A stretch of DNA of 64,000 nt from Octopus sinensis (taxonomy: Eukaryota), in the NCBI RefSeq assembly GCF_006345805.1, contig NC_042997.1, forward strand, positions 102,300,001-102,364,000, written 5' to 3'. Shown here piece after piece: positions 37,812-50,300 of this stretch. The notes beneath the pieces were generated by a model that ran no database searches, was not told the origin of the DNA, and was given only the letters and a program-made list of their open reading frames with translations. Position numbers and translations under genes: made by a program. The first letter of the stretch is position 1. Every line of letters starts with the position of its first letter.

Positions 37812-39169
37812 GAAATATATAAATATGAATGCATATGTGTATCCTTTCTTCCTTCTTTAATTCTTGTTTGTATTTAAATCAGTCACAATTTCTTGATTCT
37901 CATTTTTCATTCTTCTGTGAAAATATGAATAACAGGAGTGGCTATAGGCGCAGGAGTGGCTGTGCGGTAAGTAGGTTGCTTACCATCCACATAGTTCCGG
38001 GTTCAGTCCCACTGCGTGGCACCTTGGATTTGGTAGACGGAAACTGAAAGTAGTCCGTCGTAGATATATATATATAGCGGTTCGGCAAAAGAGAACGATA
38101 GAATAAGTACTAGGCTTACAAATCTTAAGTCCTGGGGTCGATTTGCTCGTCTAAAGACGGTGCTCCAGCATGGCAGCAGTCATATGACTGAAACAAATAA
38201 AAGAATAATAGAATACCACTTTTGCAATTGTTAATTTTAATTACGTAATTATATAAATAATCCTTTCTAATATGGGCACAATGTTTGAAATTTGAGGGTG
38301 GGGTATAGTCGATTATATCGACCCCACTGCCCAACTACACTTATTTTAACAGATCTTTGTGGTTTTCGTTACTTTTTACAATTGTCTTTAAAAATTTTTT
38401 TAATGTATTATATAGATGTATGAATCCGAATTTGTTATTCATTTATTCCAGAAAAATTTTACAAAAATGTTGCAGGTGTTCAAAGTTTGATAATTTTCAG
38501 AATTTTCAGCCAATCAGAAAACAGCGCGTTCGCTGTCTCTGCCATCATCGCCGGGGGGTAAGGGGCGTCGGCATGTCAACATATTGTTATTCCCCTTGTA
38601 CGCGCACACACAAACAGAGTTGAATGGCTGATTTTTTTTTTTTTTTCAGCGTTGAATATTCACCATCCCACTTCCATTGCACACACACTCACACACACAC
38701 ACACACACCACACACACACACATTCATACACCTCCATTATACATACACACACATATACTCACACAGAGTTGAAACGCTTCCACTACCAGTTTGCCAGCAT
38801 CCCTCCCTTCCTTATTCATCTATTACCCTTTTCTTTTCTCATTCATGTATCACACTTTCCTTTCTCATTCATATGTAACGGAGAAAGACACAAGCGTATT
38901 ATTATAATAAGAAGATTATCCTTCTCGTATCTCCTTCCCCTCCTTGTGCGCATGCGCAGCATCTTTGGTTACTATGGAAACAGCTTTTCGCCACGGTGAT
39001 GTGTAAAATACTCGCTTCTGATTTGCTAAACTATCCATATTTTGCAAATTTTAAAGGCTAATAACATTTTAATTATGGATTTATAGGGAAAATGAATTTC
39101 ATTAATCCATATTCCAAATTTGAAAACAATTGGAACAAAATTGTAAACAGAGACGAAAACTACACAGAT

Positions 39170-39660
39170 CAATTCTATCGACCCCAAAGGGATGAAAGGC
39201 AAAGTAGAGTTTGGTGGAATTTGAACTCAAACCATGAAAACAGACGAAATACCTATTTCTTTACTACCCAAAAGGGGCTACACACAGAGGGGACAAACAA
39301 GGACAGACAAACGGATTAAGTCGTTTATATCGACCCCAGTGCGTAACTGGTACTTATTTAATCGACCCCAAAAGGATGAAAGGCAAAGTCGACCTCGGCG
39401 GAATTTGAACTCAGAACGTAGCGGTAGACGAAATACCTATTTCTTTACTACCCACAAGGGGGTAAACACAGAGAGGACAAACAAGGACAGACAAACGGAT
39501 TAAGTCAATTATATTGACCCCAGTGCGTAACTGGTACTTATTTAATCGACCCCAAAAGGATGAAAGGCAAAGTCGACCTCGGCAGAATGTAGCGGCAGAC
39601 GAAATACCGGTAAATTTTTCGCCTGGTGTGCCAACGATTCCGCCAGCTCGCAGCCTCGTA
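39170..39660 (-). mobile_element. Family A SINE, tandem multimer
   Basis: Three repeats of ATCGACCCCAAAAGGATGAAAGGCAAAGT; head at 39630-39660. Confidence 0.7.
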
Positions 39661-39984
39661 GTCGCATATGAATAATACCCTTATTCTATTGGACCAGCTG
39701 TAGAGGACAATCAAATTATGAACTGTTTGTGAAATTTACGCTTTTCTGCTTTTTAGTCGATGCGTGTGTGCGCGCGCGCGCGTGTGTGTATGTACAAGGG
39801 GTGGTGAAAAGTTCCTGGCTTTGGGTAAAAGAAAATACAGAAGGGTCTGTTAATTATGATTTTATTCAGCATATTCCCTCCTCAGATTCATACAGTTATT
39901 GCAGGGATCCGTCAGTTTTTCTAGAGCTCGGAAGGTTGGGCCTCCAACCAGGCCTTTCGCAACACCCTTAAAGCTAGGACTCAA

Positions 39985-40082
39985 CTGCTCACACACACAC
40001 ACACACACACACGCACACACACACACACACACCATATACATTCACACATACATTCATATATGCATTCATACATAATACACAC

Positions 40083-40114
<32 letters not shown>

Positions 40115-40229
40115 CATATACATACACACATACATTCATATATGCATTCATACATAATACACACACACACACACACACACACACCATATACATACACACA
40201 TACATTCATATACGCATTCATACATAATA

Positions 40230-40262
<33 letters not shown>
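39985..40262. repeat. (CA)n-based compound minisatellite
   Basis: Three repeats of (CA)n-CCATATACAT..CATTCATATATGCATTCATACATAATA. Confidence 0.85.
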
Positions 40263-40268
<6 letters not shown>

Positions 40269-42111
40269 TCATGCGCGCACGCACTGGTGTCTGTGTTTAT
40301 ATGAATACATATGTACATTCTAGGTCAATAGCAACTGAAAACAAATTGAAAATTCAACACGAAACAATACTCAGGAGACTTCAAAACTGCAAGTCATACT
40401 TGTTGACATTTTCATTTGATTTTATGGAATATCTTAGCATTTATATTGCTCTTTGATTATAACACAATTAGGAATGGCTTATATTAAAGGTTTTAATGCA
40501 TATTTTAAAAAAAATATATCTAAAATAATGTTACTCGGAAGGAAATCACTAATACAAATAAGTTTACATATTGTTAAAAATAACATATATTTCACAAAAA
40601 AATAAATAAATCAAATAATAATATATAAAAGTCCATAGATACAATGAGCTACAGTAGTTAGTTTATTGAAAAATGAAAATTCAGTATTTCGGGCCTTGTT
40701 CTTCTCCGAAGAGAAAAAGAGAAAACCTATCTATGCTAATTCTCCCGTTGCTATTGGCATATATATATAGTAGAAAGACAGGTAAACAATAACAGGCGTA
40801 TTTAATATATTTATATGAAAAGTTGCATATACAAATTACATGATATGATCAAGTCCTATCTTTACAGCTGTTTCGGATAATCGATGATTAGTTGATATAA
40901 CCATGCATAGGAAGGTGATCTTATAGGTATACATAAAATTAAAGGAAAGTATGAACGTGCACAGATTTTGATAGCTCCGTACAGGAAAGTCACAATGACC
41001 CCGCCAGAATAACCAGAGAAGGCTTAGAGAAGGTAATGTAAATGAATATAAATTGTATAAATTAGAAAGATAGACAGAAGCAGAGGAGGAGTTATAGTGA
41101 TAAGTATAAAGGTCCATCTGTCTTTCAACTTCCATATTCGCTCGAAGAATATTGTTTTTATAGCCAAGTTTCTACTTCCACACTACCTAATCCTGATGAG
41201 GAAGTTGGAGTTCTTAATCCCGATGAAGAAGATTCCGATTTCTCTAAGCACTTCTTGGCAACAATTTATATTATGCTTACATAAGCGTTTTATAACCTAT
41301 TCTTTATAAATGCGCGCGTGTGTTTGTGTGTGCCTGCGCTTGTGCGCGTACATGTACGTATAAATGCAAGTATATATGTGTGCGCGTATGTGTATTCTAT
41401 GTAAGAATGACAAGTGTCCCAAATACTGGTATTTGCACTCCTCATGTTTTATTATTATTTTGACCTACAAATGTTTATGAGTTAACTTTTGTTGATGTAA
41501 ACCAACAAAACTTTCCTTAGAATCCGCAGCTTGCTCTGTTAATTTATAGTTCATTCGAAACTAAATAGAAATACGGATATCGAAAGATCTTGTTGCTGTA
41601 AATTGTAACATTAGGTTTTATATTTTGTGTAGTCTTCGAAAATTATCAGTTAATTAAAACAGCCATTAGAAGCTTTGGGTCTTTTATTTCTTTTCTTTTC
41701 TTTTCTTTTTTGCATTATAGATATTACTGATTTCAAATTTTGACACTAGGTCAGCAATTTCGGGGGAGGGGAAAGGTTATTTACGTCTTAAATGGTTAAT
41801 TGGTACTTCCTTTATCGATCTCGAAGGATGGAAGGCAAAGTCGACCTCTTCAGAATTTGAACTCAGAATGTAAAGACGGACGAAATGACACTAAACATTT
41901 TGTCTGGCGTACTAACGATTCTACCAGCTTGCCACCTTGATTATAGGTAATATTAGATGATGAACTCATGTCATCTATCTACTTCATTTTCTTGGGGTAA
42001 ATAAAATAAGCGGTTAAAAAGTTTACTTTGCTGCCATGTCGTTCGATTCCGGTTAGTTGTCCTTTGGCATGTGTTTTCAAGTTTTGCTTTGGGTTTGTCA
42101 TGACCTTGTAA

Positions 42112-42325
42112 CTGATCTTAAAAGGTGGTGGCAATATTCACGTGAACAGAGAAAATAATTGCAATGTTCTGCCAGGCAGCATTTATTTCTAATTAGATTA
42201 TTTCGGTTCAACTATTTAGAAATGCAAGATTGTTTTGAGTATAACTTCTCTTCATGATGCCCTATCAATTAAAATTATTTTCCATCTTTTTTCACGTGAA
42301 TATCGCCACCACTTTTTAAGATCAG
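42112..42325. mobile_element. Foldback/MITE-like element with about 35-bp terminal inverted repeats
   Basis: CTGATCTTAAAAGGTGGTGGCAATATTCACGTGAA ... TTCACGTGAATATCGCCACCACTTTTTAAGATCAG. Confidence 0.65.
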
Positions 42326-42633
42326 ATCCATAGAGCATCCAAACCGGCTACAACTGGCCAAAGTATCAACCTACAATGGCCTCCTAAAAGTAAACAACCA
42401 CATCGTCGAAATCTCGAAACGATGAGATAATACAGGACTAATTCAAAACAATGTGAATTCATAAGCATTAAATTTGACTGGATAATATGAATGTTAAATT
42501 ATTAAGGCAGTATTCTCATCTTCGGTTTGTAAAGAATTCGTTTGTAGAAATACAGCTCTACATATTGTAGTAGACGTCTTAGAATTCTTCCATCACTGAC
42601 ACGAACATCATAGTCGACTAGCCTCAGACTATT

Positions 42634-42841
42634 TGTTGTGTGTAGTTTGGGTTCTAATGGGATAGACAACCAAATGAAAACCATTGTTATTGTTACGTGT
42701 TTATTGACTTTTCATGTTACAAGGACTCGACATTCAGCGTAGTAATACACTATATACTCTACACACAGTTTGTACTATTCACTAACAAAATAGTGCCAAG
42801 AGTGGGGATGCACGTATACACATAGATATGAATGTGTAACA
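42634..42841 (-). repeat. 3' LTR (208 bp)
   Basis: Differs from the 5' LTR by 5 substitutions and 1 indel (counted by eye). Confidence 0.9.
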
Positions 42842-43033
42842 TCCCCTCTTCTTGAAAAAAAATAAAGGGGTCTTCTGGCAGTGAAGACAATTATGAGTAG
42901 TCTCCCTTGCTCTATGGATTGTCAGCCTGAGGTGGAAATCCTACAGCAGAAGTCGTGAGATTATTCTGCCTCTGCTTTGTAGTCTAGCTGAATTAGATAC
43001 TTCTCTTTTCATTTTCTTTTTTTTTTTCTTTCT

Positions 43034-44301
43034 TTAACGGTATCGAACCGGTGGCAGAATGTTCTTTCTCCATCTGGTGGATCTTGTGCTTCGCACCGGT
43101 GTCTGAGGTGTGTTGTTGGGCTGCTGATAGGTGGTTTGTGCACGTTGGGGTGATGATTCTGTGGATGTTGTCACTAATGCAGCAGGTGTTGTACACGTTG
43201 TCCTCAACAGCTCTGGTGTTGGGCGGATGTGGGCCCTGTTGCGTCTCAGCTGCCTACCAGATTCCGTTTCTATTATATATGATCTTGGAGTTTCAGCTCT
43301 ACTGACAACCTGTGCTGGGATCCATGTTTTAGTTATGGGATCTTGAGTATGCACATGTTGTCCTCCAAGTATCTCGGGTAAATATTGTGCATGTTTGTTG
43401 TAATACCTCTGTGATTGTTCTTGAGTGGCTGCTAGCTTTGCTCTTGTCTCTTCCTGGTCAATAGGAGGTTGGATCTTAGTTGGCAGGGTAGTTTTATACT
43501 TCCTGCCATTCAGCAATTCTGCTGGGGATTTCATATCAGCTCTCAGTGGTGTCGCTCGTAGGGACAGAAGTGCCAGGTGTGGGTCTTACTTAGTCTCTCG
43601 GCATTTGACTAGTGTTCTCTTCACTGTCTGCACCTGTCTTTCTATAAACCCATGGCCCTCTGTGAATAGATCTGCTCCAATAGTTTGCCGTGGCCTTCTT
43701 GGGATGTCACTAGATATCATTTCCTCCTTTTGTTGTGAGGTTCTGTACTTTTGGCAGATGCGGCATGTAGAAACTGTCTTTTCTATGTCTTTGTACATGC
43801 CTACCCAATATACTGCTGACTTGGCTCGGAGCTGCATTTTTCCATTCCGAGATGCCCTTGGTGGATCTTGTCAAGAATCTCTTCTTGCATTGACTTGGGT
43901 ATAATGATTCGGGATCCAGCCATCAGGATTCCATCCTCCACTGATATATCATCATGAATGGCCCAATATTCACGAATTAGGGGCTGTACCTGATGTCTCT
44001 TTTCTGGCCACCCCTGAATCACCATCTGTGTAAGGAGCTGAAGTTCTTCATCTTTGCTGGTCTCCTCTTTGATTTCCACTAGCTTTGTGGTTGTCACATT
44101 TACAATGTGGTAGACCTTTATGCTTAGTCCTTCCATCTCCTGTTTGTTTGTGATTGGTGGTCGGTCTTTAATAAGCATATCACAGTCAATCCTGCTTGGA
44201 GCTGCTTTCACTTCACCATTGACCGACACAATATTTAACCTCCTGCAGGTATCGAGTCCAAGAATTGCTGGCCTTTCTGTTCTTGTGACATAAAAGAACA
44301 C
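43034..44301 (-). pseudogene. Gypsy pol remnant: integrase Zn-binding region and C-terminus; RT/RNase H and integrase core absent
   Basis: ILDKIHQGHLGMEKC..VYWVGMYKDIEKTVSTCRICQ (HHCC), GADLF joined directly to GFIERQVQTVK, and SPAELLNGRK. No YxDD motif anywhere in the element. Confidence 0.8.
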
Positions 44302-44979
44302 TTAATTATTTTTCCTTTGTGTGTCCCTGTGATAGTTGTTTTACCCAGTTGTGGAATCCTGGTTCCTCCGTACGCAGTGAGGACCACATCACTTGGTGTG
44401 AGGATTCCTTTCCTGACCCTATCCTCTTCTGTCATATTTTCTGGGAACATCTTCTTGTATAAGCTGACAGGCAAGATATCACTCTGGGCCCCAGTGTCTA
44501 TCTTCAGCCTTAAGTCAATGTTCATTCTTTTCCTTCCGGCCTTCTTTTGAATTCTTATTGTCGTGTATGCCTCATCTTCTTTCTTCCGGTCGTCCTTTCC
44601 CATCTCATGCACATTTATTATGCCGACTGCCAAGAATTCCTCCTCTGATGTGCTTTGTTCCTGTTGTTGTGCATGTATATCTCTTCTATTTCTGCTCCTC
44701 TGAAAATTGGGGCTTGTATCTCTGGGATTTTGTTACCCTACACATTTTTTCCCAGAGGTTAAGTTTTCCACATCCTTTGCAGTGTGTACCGAATGCAGGA
44801 CATTTTTTCCGGTTATTAAATTCATGCTCTGTACCACAGTACTGGCATGTTCTTTGTTTGTGGGTATGTGTCCTGTGCCTAGATACAGTATCTACACTGC
44901 TACCTAGTGAGCTTGTTTGTAAGCTAAGTGAGGCCATCTGTTTATGTAGATTCATCTGTACGGCGACGGGGGTCGCCAT
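44235..44979 (-). pseudogene. Gypsy gag zinc knuckles and aspartic protease (frameshifted)
   Basis: CQYCGTEH..KCPAFGTHCKGCGKLNLWEKMC; LKIDTGAQSDILP. Confidence 0.8.
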
Positions 44980-45103
44980 CTTGGATCGTCGTGTATGTTG
45001 TCCGAAGACGAAGCGATGTTTTGTTTGTTACTTTCCTGGTTCGTTGCGTTTCTGATTTGTTGTAAAGGCACAGTTTCCGTTTAATTATTTACCGCTGCCA
45101 CCA

Positions 45104-45312
45104 TGTTATGCGCAGTTTGGGTTCTAATGGGATAGACAACCAAATGAAAACCATTGTTATTGTTTACGTGTTTATTGACTTTTCATGTTACACGGACTCG
45201 ACATTCAGCGTAGTAATATACTATATACTCTACACACAGTTTGTACTATTCACTAACAAAATAGTGCCAAGAGTGGGGATGCACGTATACACATAGATAT
45301 GAATGTGTAACA
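45104..45312 (-). repeat. 5' LTR (209 bp)
   Basis: Followed directly by the tRNA-Leu-type PBS. Confidence 0.9.
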
Positions 45313-45647
45313 CTATTATATCGCAAGAGAGCTTTCATTTCTATATTTTATAACTCCTTCGCCTCAACATCATTCACATAGTATCTACGAAAATATGTTC
45401 AAAATTCGTCAAAGATACTTTTGATGAAAGCACTCCATCATTTTAACATGTTTTAAATATAGTGGCCATGTTTCACAACCATATAGCAAAACAGATAAAA
45501 TGCATACTGTGAAGAGAATTGCTGAGATGATAGCGAAAATTTTCTAAACGTGTTCCTCGATTATGTTTTCAATTTCGCTGTCTTCAAGATTTGCAACTAT
45601 GCCTAGCATATTCCAAGACATTACGATTATATATGCATACGTTTAAT

Positions 45648-45794
45648 ACATACATATATACATACATGCATACATACATGCATACATACATACATACATA
45701 CATACATACATACATACATACATACATACATACATACATACATACATACGTACGTACGTACGTACGTACGTACGTACGTACGTACATACATACA

Positions 45795-45825
<31 letters not shown>
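45648..45825. repeat. (TACA)n microsatellite with internal (TACG)n block
   Basis: Seen directly. Confidence 0.95.
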
Positions 45826-46001
45826 GTCTATGTATGTATGCATGTATGCACAAATATACGTATGTGTTGGTTGAGCTGTCGATGCATACACCCAAGTGTG
45901 TGCATGTATTCACCTAAAGAATCTTAGTTGTAGAATTTTTGGAATGACTTACGAATCTTCACTGTGCCTCTAATAGACTGGATTTGGAGAAGCCACGTCA
46001 G

Positions 46002-49000
46002 TTTTTTTTTTTTTTGCTTTTTTTTGCCTCTTCTTTGTAAAACCTAGTACTTCTAGGTTTTTGTATAAATTTACTGGTACAGAACCTAATGCACCAATGA
46101 ATTTATAGTCAGGATACAAGAGCTGTAAGTTCCGCATTAATTCACCATAAATGTTCTCTTTTTCCTGAACTTTTGATTATATTTTCACATCAGCCTGGCA
46201 GCTTACCTCTACAACAATACATGACTTTTGCTCCCTGTCCCATAGAACAATATCAGGTTTGTTATGTTTGCACCGAATTGCTGTTTTTAGTGGACCGTTC
46301 CACCAGTATTCTTTGTTTTTAAAGGTGTGAATACATGCTGGTTCTGACATGCCTTTGATGTATACCTCAGGGCAATCCTTCATGCTAGTAGCAATGTAGA
46401 TAGTCTTTGAAACAATATCATGCTTAAGGGGTAGGTAGTATCTTGTAGATATTTTGGGGCAGCTGCTGATAATGTGAGTAATATCTTCCACACTGTTAGA
46501 GCAGACCGACATTTTTTATTACAACGTGGAGCTTTGGTGGTATCTTTGTCTCAAAGTCATGTACCTGTCACAGGTCCAGGAGAGGCTGCTCTTCCTGTCA
46601 ATGCTATTGTTATTCTCTAGCTTACAAAATATGTACTCATGCATCACTTTTTGCTGGTATGATACAGTCCATCCTTCTTTGGGTTGGACGAGACAGTTGT
46701 ATTCTCGGAGTACCGGCTCGGTAGTTCTCCAACTCTCAAGATGTTGTAGCTCTCACTTTTGAGCATGCATGGAAAGTATTCATTTCTTCCTTTACTACTT
46801 CTTATTTCTTTATTGCCCACAAGGAGCTAAACATAGAGGGGACAAACAAGGACAGACAAAGGGATTAAGTCGATTACATCGACCCCAGTGCGTAACTGGT
46901 ACTTAATTTATCGACCCCGAAAGGATGAAAGGCAAAGTCGACCTCGGCGGAATTTGAACTCAGAACGTAGCGGCAGACGAAATACCGCAATACATTTCGC
47001 CCGGCGTGCTAACGTTTCTGCCAATTCGCCGCCTTACTACTTCTTTCTACTTCTTTCGTTAAGTAGGTATTGTCCGAGTGATACAATATGACATTCAAAG
47101 GTTGTATGGACTGACCTTATGCCTTAACCGCCATCACTTCGTCTCACAATGTATTTCACTCATGATTATTATATTATTCGTTAAATTAAATTCAATCGTG
47201 TTTTGTTTCGGAGAGAATTGAAAATTAAACTTTCCCTCTTTTTATTATAGTAGTAACTATGAAAGACTGGTGGAATTATTATTTGTATGGACTTAAAGAT
47301 TGGCCGCTATTTAGTATATAATTTCGTTATTATAGGTTTACTATTAATACCGATACAGATGTACATAGATTTATGTGTTTCTTTGTTGTAGTTTAATTTT
47401 AAAGTTAGTGTTTAATCCTGCCTATATCTAGATTGAATAAATGTGGTTATTAAGCTTCCACTTTTATATTATACTATGGAAGACTGTAGGGAATATTTTT
47501 TGTATGACTTAAAGGTTTGGTAGCTGTTTAGTTGCATATTTAGGAGTTGGTTATAGACTTACTTAATGAACTTTATTTACCGATACTGTTGTACAAAGGG
47601 TAAATGTGTTTGGAAGTTGTGGTTTCATTGGTATGTTTGTTCCCAAAAACCACTTATTTTAGTGCTGCTGACACCGCCGGATTGAATGGTACTGCCCAGA
47701 TATCGAAACCATAATGATATCTGTGGGGCAGCTGATGATGGAGGTATGTTGGATTGTTAGTATGGCTGTTTTTGTATATGTGGGATAGTATTATGACACA
47801 TCTTTTTGATAGATTCTTTCAATGTTGCTGTTAATATGGAAGTTGCCAATAGTGGTCAGTACCTTTCTAGCTTTGATGCCCAGGCTGCGTAACTTGTCGA
47901 GTATCCAGTCCAATATCCCAAAGGCTGATACTAGCACTGGCACTGCAAAAGCATTGTGATATATGGTCTTGTTAAATGCAAACAGCTCTGAGTTCTATAT
48001 TTTCCTGAGTCTACTCTTTCGTTATTCTGACTTCAGAAACAGCATCAACGTATGCAACATTCTCATCAATTCCGTGATACTTGTAGCTTTCATCATTAGA
48101 GATAGGGAAGATTGACAATAATGTACATATTCTCTGTCTTGTCGACAATTTTCCCTCGGTTCACTATCATGCATGAGCATTATTTTGCCCAAACTTAATT
48201 CCTGTATCACGTGAGAATGTTTTGACTAGTTATAAATGTCTCTTGATGTTGTTCATGTTATTAGAAGATAACTTTAGGTCATCAGTAAAAAATGTGGGGT
48301 GACATTAATTTTATTCTTTTTTTGCATATCCCAAGATATCCGGGGCTGACAAGTGGTTCACCCACCCTGGAATATGCCTGTTGGTAGCTTAAATCTGTTT
48401 GTAACAATAGGTGTTGCTTTAGTGGTTGTCAATGATAATCGTATGAACCCTGTTCTGGTCTGTCTTTCAATGACATTCACTATAGCATCTTGTACTTTGG
48501 CAAGGTATTGGGATTCTATCATCCATGTTTAAGGCACAGAGTCGAACACCTTGTAGTCTAGCCATATTGTCAAGAGATCTACGGCGTTGTTTCTTGACTT
48601 CCTTAAGAACAGCTTTGTTGAGGAAGAGCTATTCAGAACAGTCTCAGATTACTTTCTTTGCATCTGCCCGTTCATCAGTTATCACATCATTTGTTTGGCA
48701 CTGGTCTTGGAGAAACATAACATATTGTGTTATGTACAGTTTGTAGATAACATTCAAACGTGCTATGGGCCTATAGTTTTTGGTCACAAGGTTCTTTTCG
48801 TTCTTGGGGAAAATAGTAGTCCGTACAACCGTCAGCCAATCTAGTATATCTAACTCAGCGTCAATTGTGTTTCGTAATTTCCCTCTAAAACATGAGCTTT
48901 TTATACTAGTAGCCTACTATCAGGTAATTTTCTATTCTGTAATTTTGTAATTAACGCCAGGTAACATCACTGATGATGTTATATGTTTTAGGAGAGGCTG

Positions 49001-50110
49001 TTTTAGGATTGTGCTCTTTGTTTATATTCTAGATTTCCTGCCAGAATGACCGTAGATATTCCTAGGAAGGAGCATTTGCTACCTTGATAGTATCGCCTTT
49101 CCTACTGCGATATACAACTTGTGGGTTTGGGGCAAACTTATGGTTTATCATTTTCGTTCATGTAATATTTTATAATATCTAAGTTTTTCACTTACCGCCC
49201 GTAGATCTCGCTGGAGGATGATCAATTTGCTTGAGTGTATCTCGGTGGCAATGCCCATACAGTTTGGAGAATCTATAATACAGTGGTATCTGGGGATTCG
49301 TGAACTCATTTACATTTGATTAAGGGTGGTAATTCTTTGAATAATACTGAGTCAAGAATCTTTTACTCTCATCTGTTGGTGCACAGTTACTGAGGCACAA
49401 CATAGCAGGACATTTGTTGTCCAAAAGCTCGTAAGTTAGTCGATCACAATTAACATCAGTTCAGTGGGGTTTTTTCCACAACTCGCGTCGGTACTGTTCT
49501 CTTATGCAGCGCCTTATGTATGTAAGTAGTAAAGCTCTGCATGAGTTTCGATGCAAGCTGCGTAGAACTTTATATTCCTCACTTGTTTATGTAGGATCGT
49601 GTTTGCCACATGTCTGTGTCGTGGTGGTGATTTGTTATTGTTTTATTATTCTTGTCGTTCACGGGCGCCTTCACAGGAAATGTTTAGTGTGTTGTTAGTA
49701 CGAGTATTATCTTTTGTGCATTTTGAATGAGTGATATTGTTTGGTAAGATGACATATTTAAAAAAATGTAGCTTGCTGCCGTAATTGCTTTTAATGAAAA
49801 ATTTGAGTGTGTTGGTTATTTCTTATCCAAATATTCTTTAAATCTCATGTGGCCTATCGAGGGAACTTCCTTAGCCTTTCTATAGAACTTGTATATGTTT
49901 TGGTTCAGTTCAAAAGTCTACTGGAGTCTTTCCCGATAGTTCTGTGACCTGCGATAGCTGAGTCCGGGTTCTTTCGTCGCCATGGTCTATGTAAAGAAAT
50001 TTTTCATGTAGTATATATTTTACTATTTGATTACTGCTATGATCTTTTCAATAAAGGTTGTTTCTTTGCATTTACTGAGAGCAGATGACCATTTTCTTTT
50101 ACCAGGCTTG
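46002..50110 (-). mobile_element. Degenerate R4/Dong-clade LINE (RT plus restriction-like endonuclease)
   Basis: TIWLDYKVFDSVP (about 48530-48575), GIFQG (about 48365), HFFTDDLKL (about 48270), CSNSVEDITHIISSC..KHD, and HNKPDIVLWD..IVVEVS (46177-46512). A-rich tail at 46002-46025. 5' boundary approximate. Confidence 0.75.
46804..47033 (-). mobile_element. Family A SINE inserted into the R4-type LINE with a 12-bp TSD
   Basis: TTACTACTTCTT occurs at 46792-46803 and 47034-47045, flanking a full head-core-tail unit. Confidence 0.8.
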
Positions 50111-50201
50111 CATTAATGGCAACAATTATTAGGGATAATATTCATTAACCAGGAGAATGAATTGTCCTCTATGCCAACGTGTCTGTATTCGACGTCATGA
50201 T

Positions 50202-50300
50202 TATGTATGTATGTATGTATGTATGTATGTATGTATGTATGTATGTATGTATGTATGTATGTATGTATGTATGTGTATGTGTGTGTGTATGTATACATGT
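50202..50300. repeat. (TATG)n microsatellite
   Basis: Seen directly. Confidence 0.95.

Larger units (their letters stand above)
42634..45312 (-). mobile_element. Ty3/Gypsy LTR retrotransposon, internally deleted (non-autonomous)
   Basis: Two TG..CA LTRs (42634-42841 and 45104-45312), 5-bp TSD CTATT on both sides, PBS TGGTGGCAGCGGT (45103-45091), PPT AAGAGGGGA (42850-42842), and gag/protease/integrase remnants between them. Confidence 0.93.

Noticed and set aside
41066-41284. 73-codon ATG-less open frame (KDRQKQRR...NPDEEVGVLNPDEEDSDFS)
   Set aside because: No start codon, weak acceptor and no recognisable homology. It may be a TE relic, and only a TBLASTN search could settle it.
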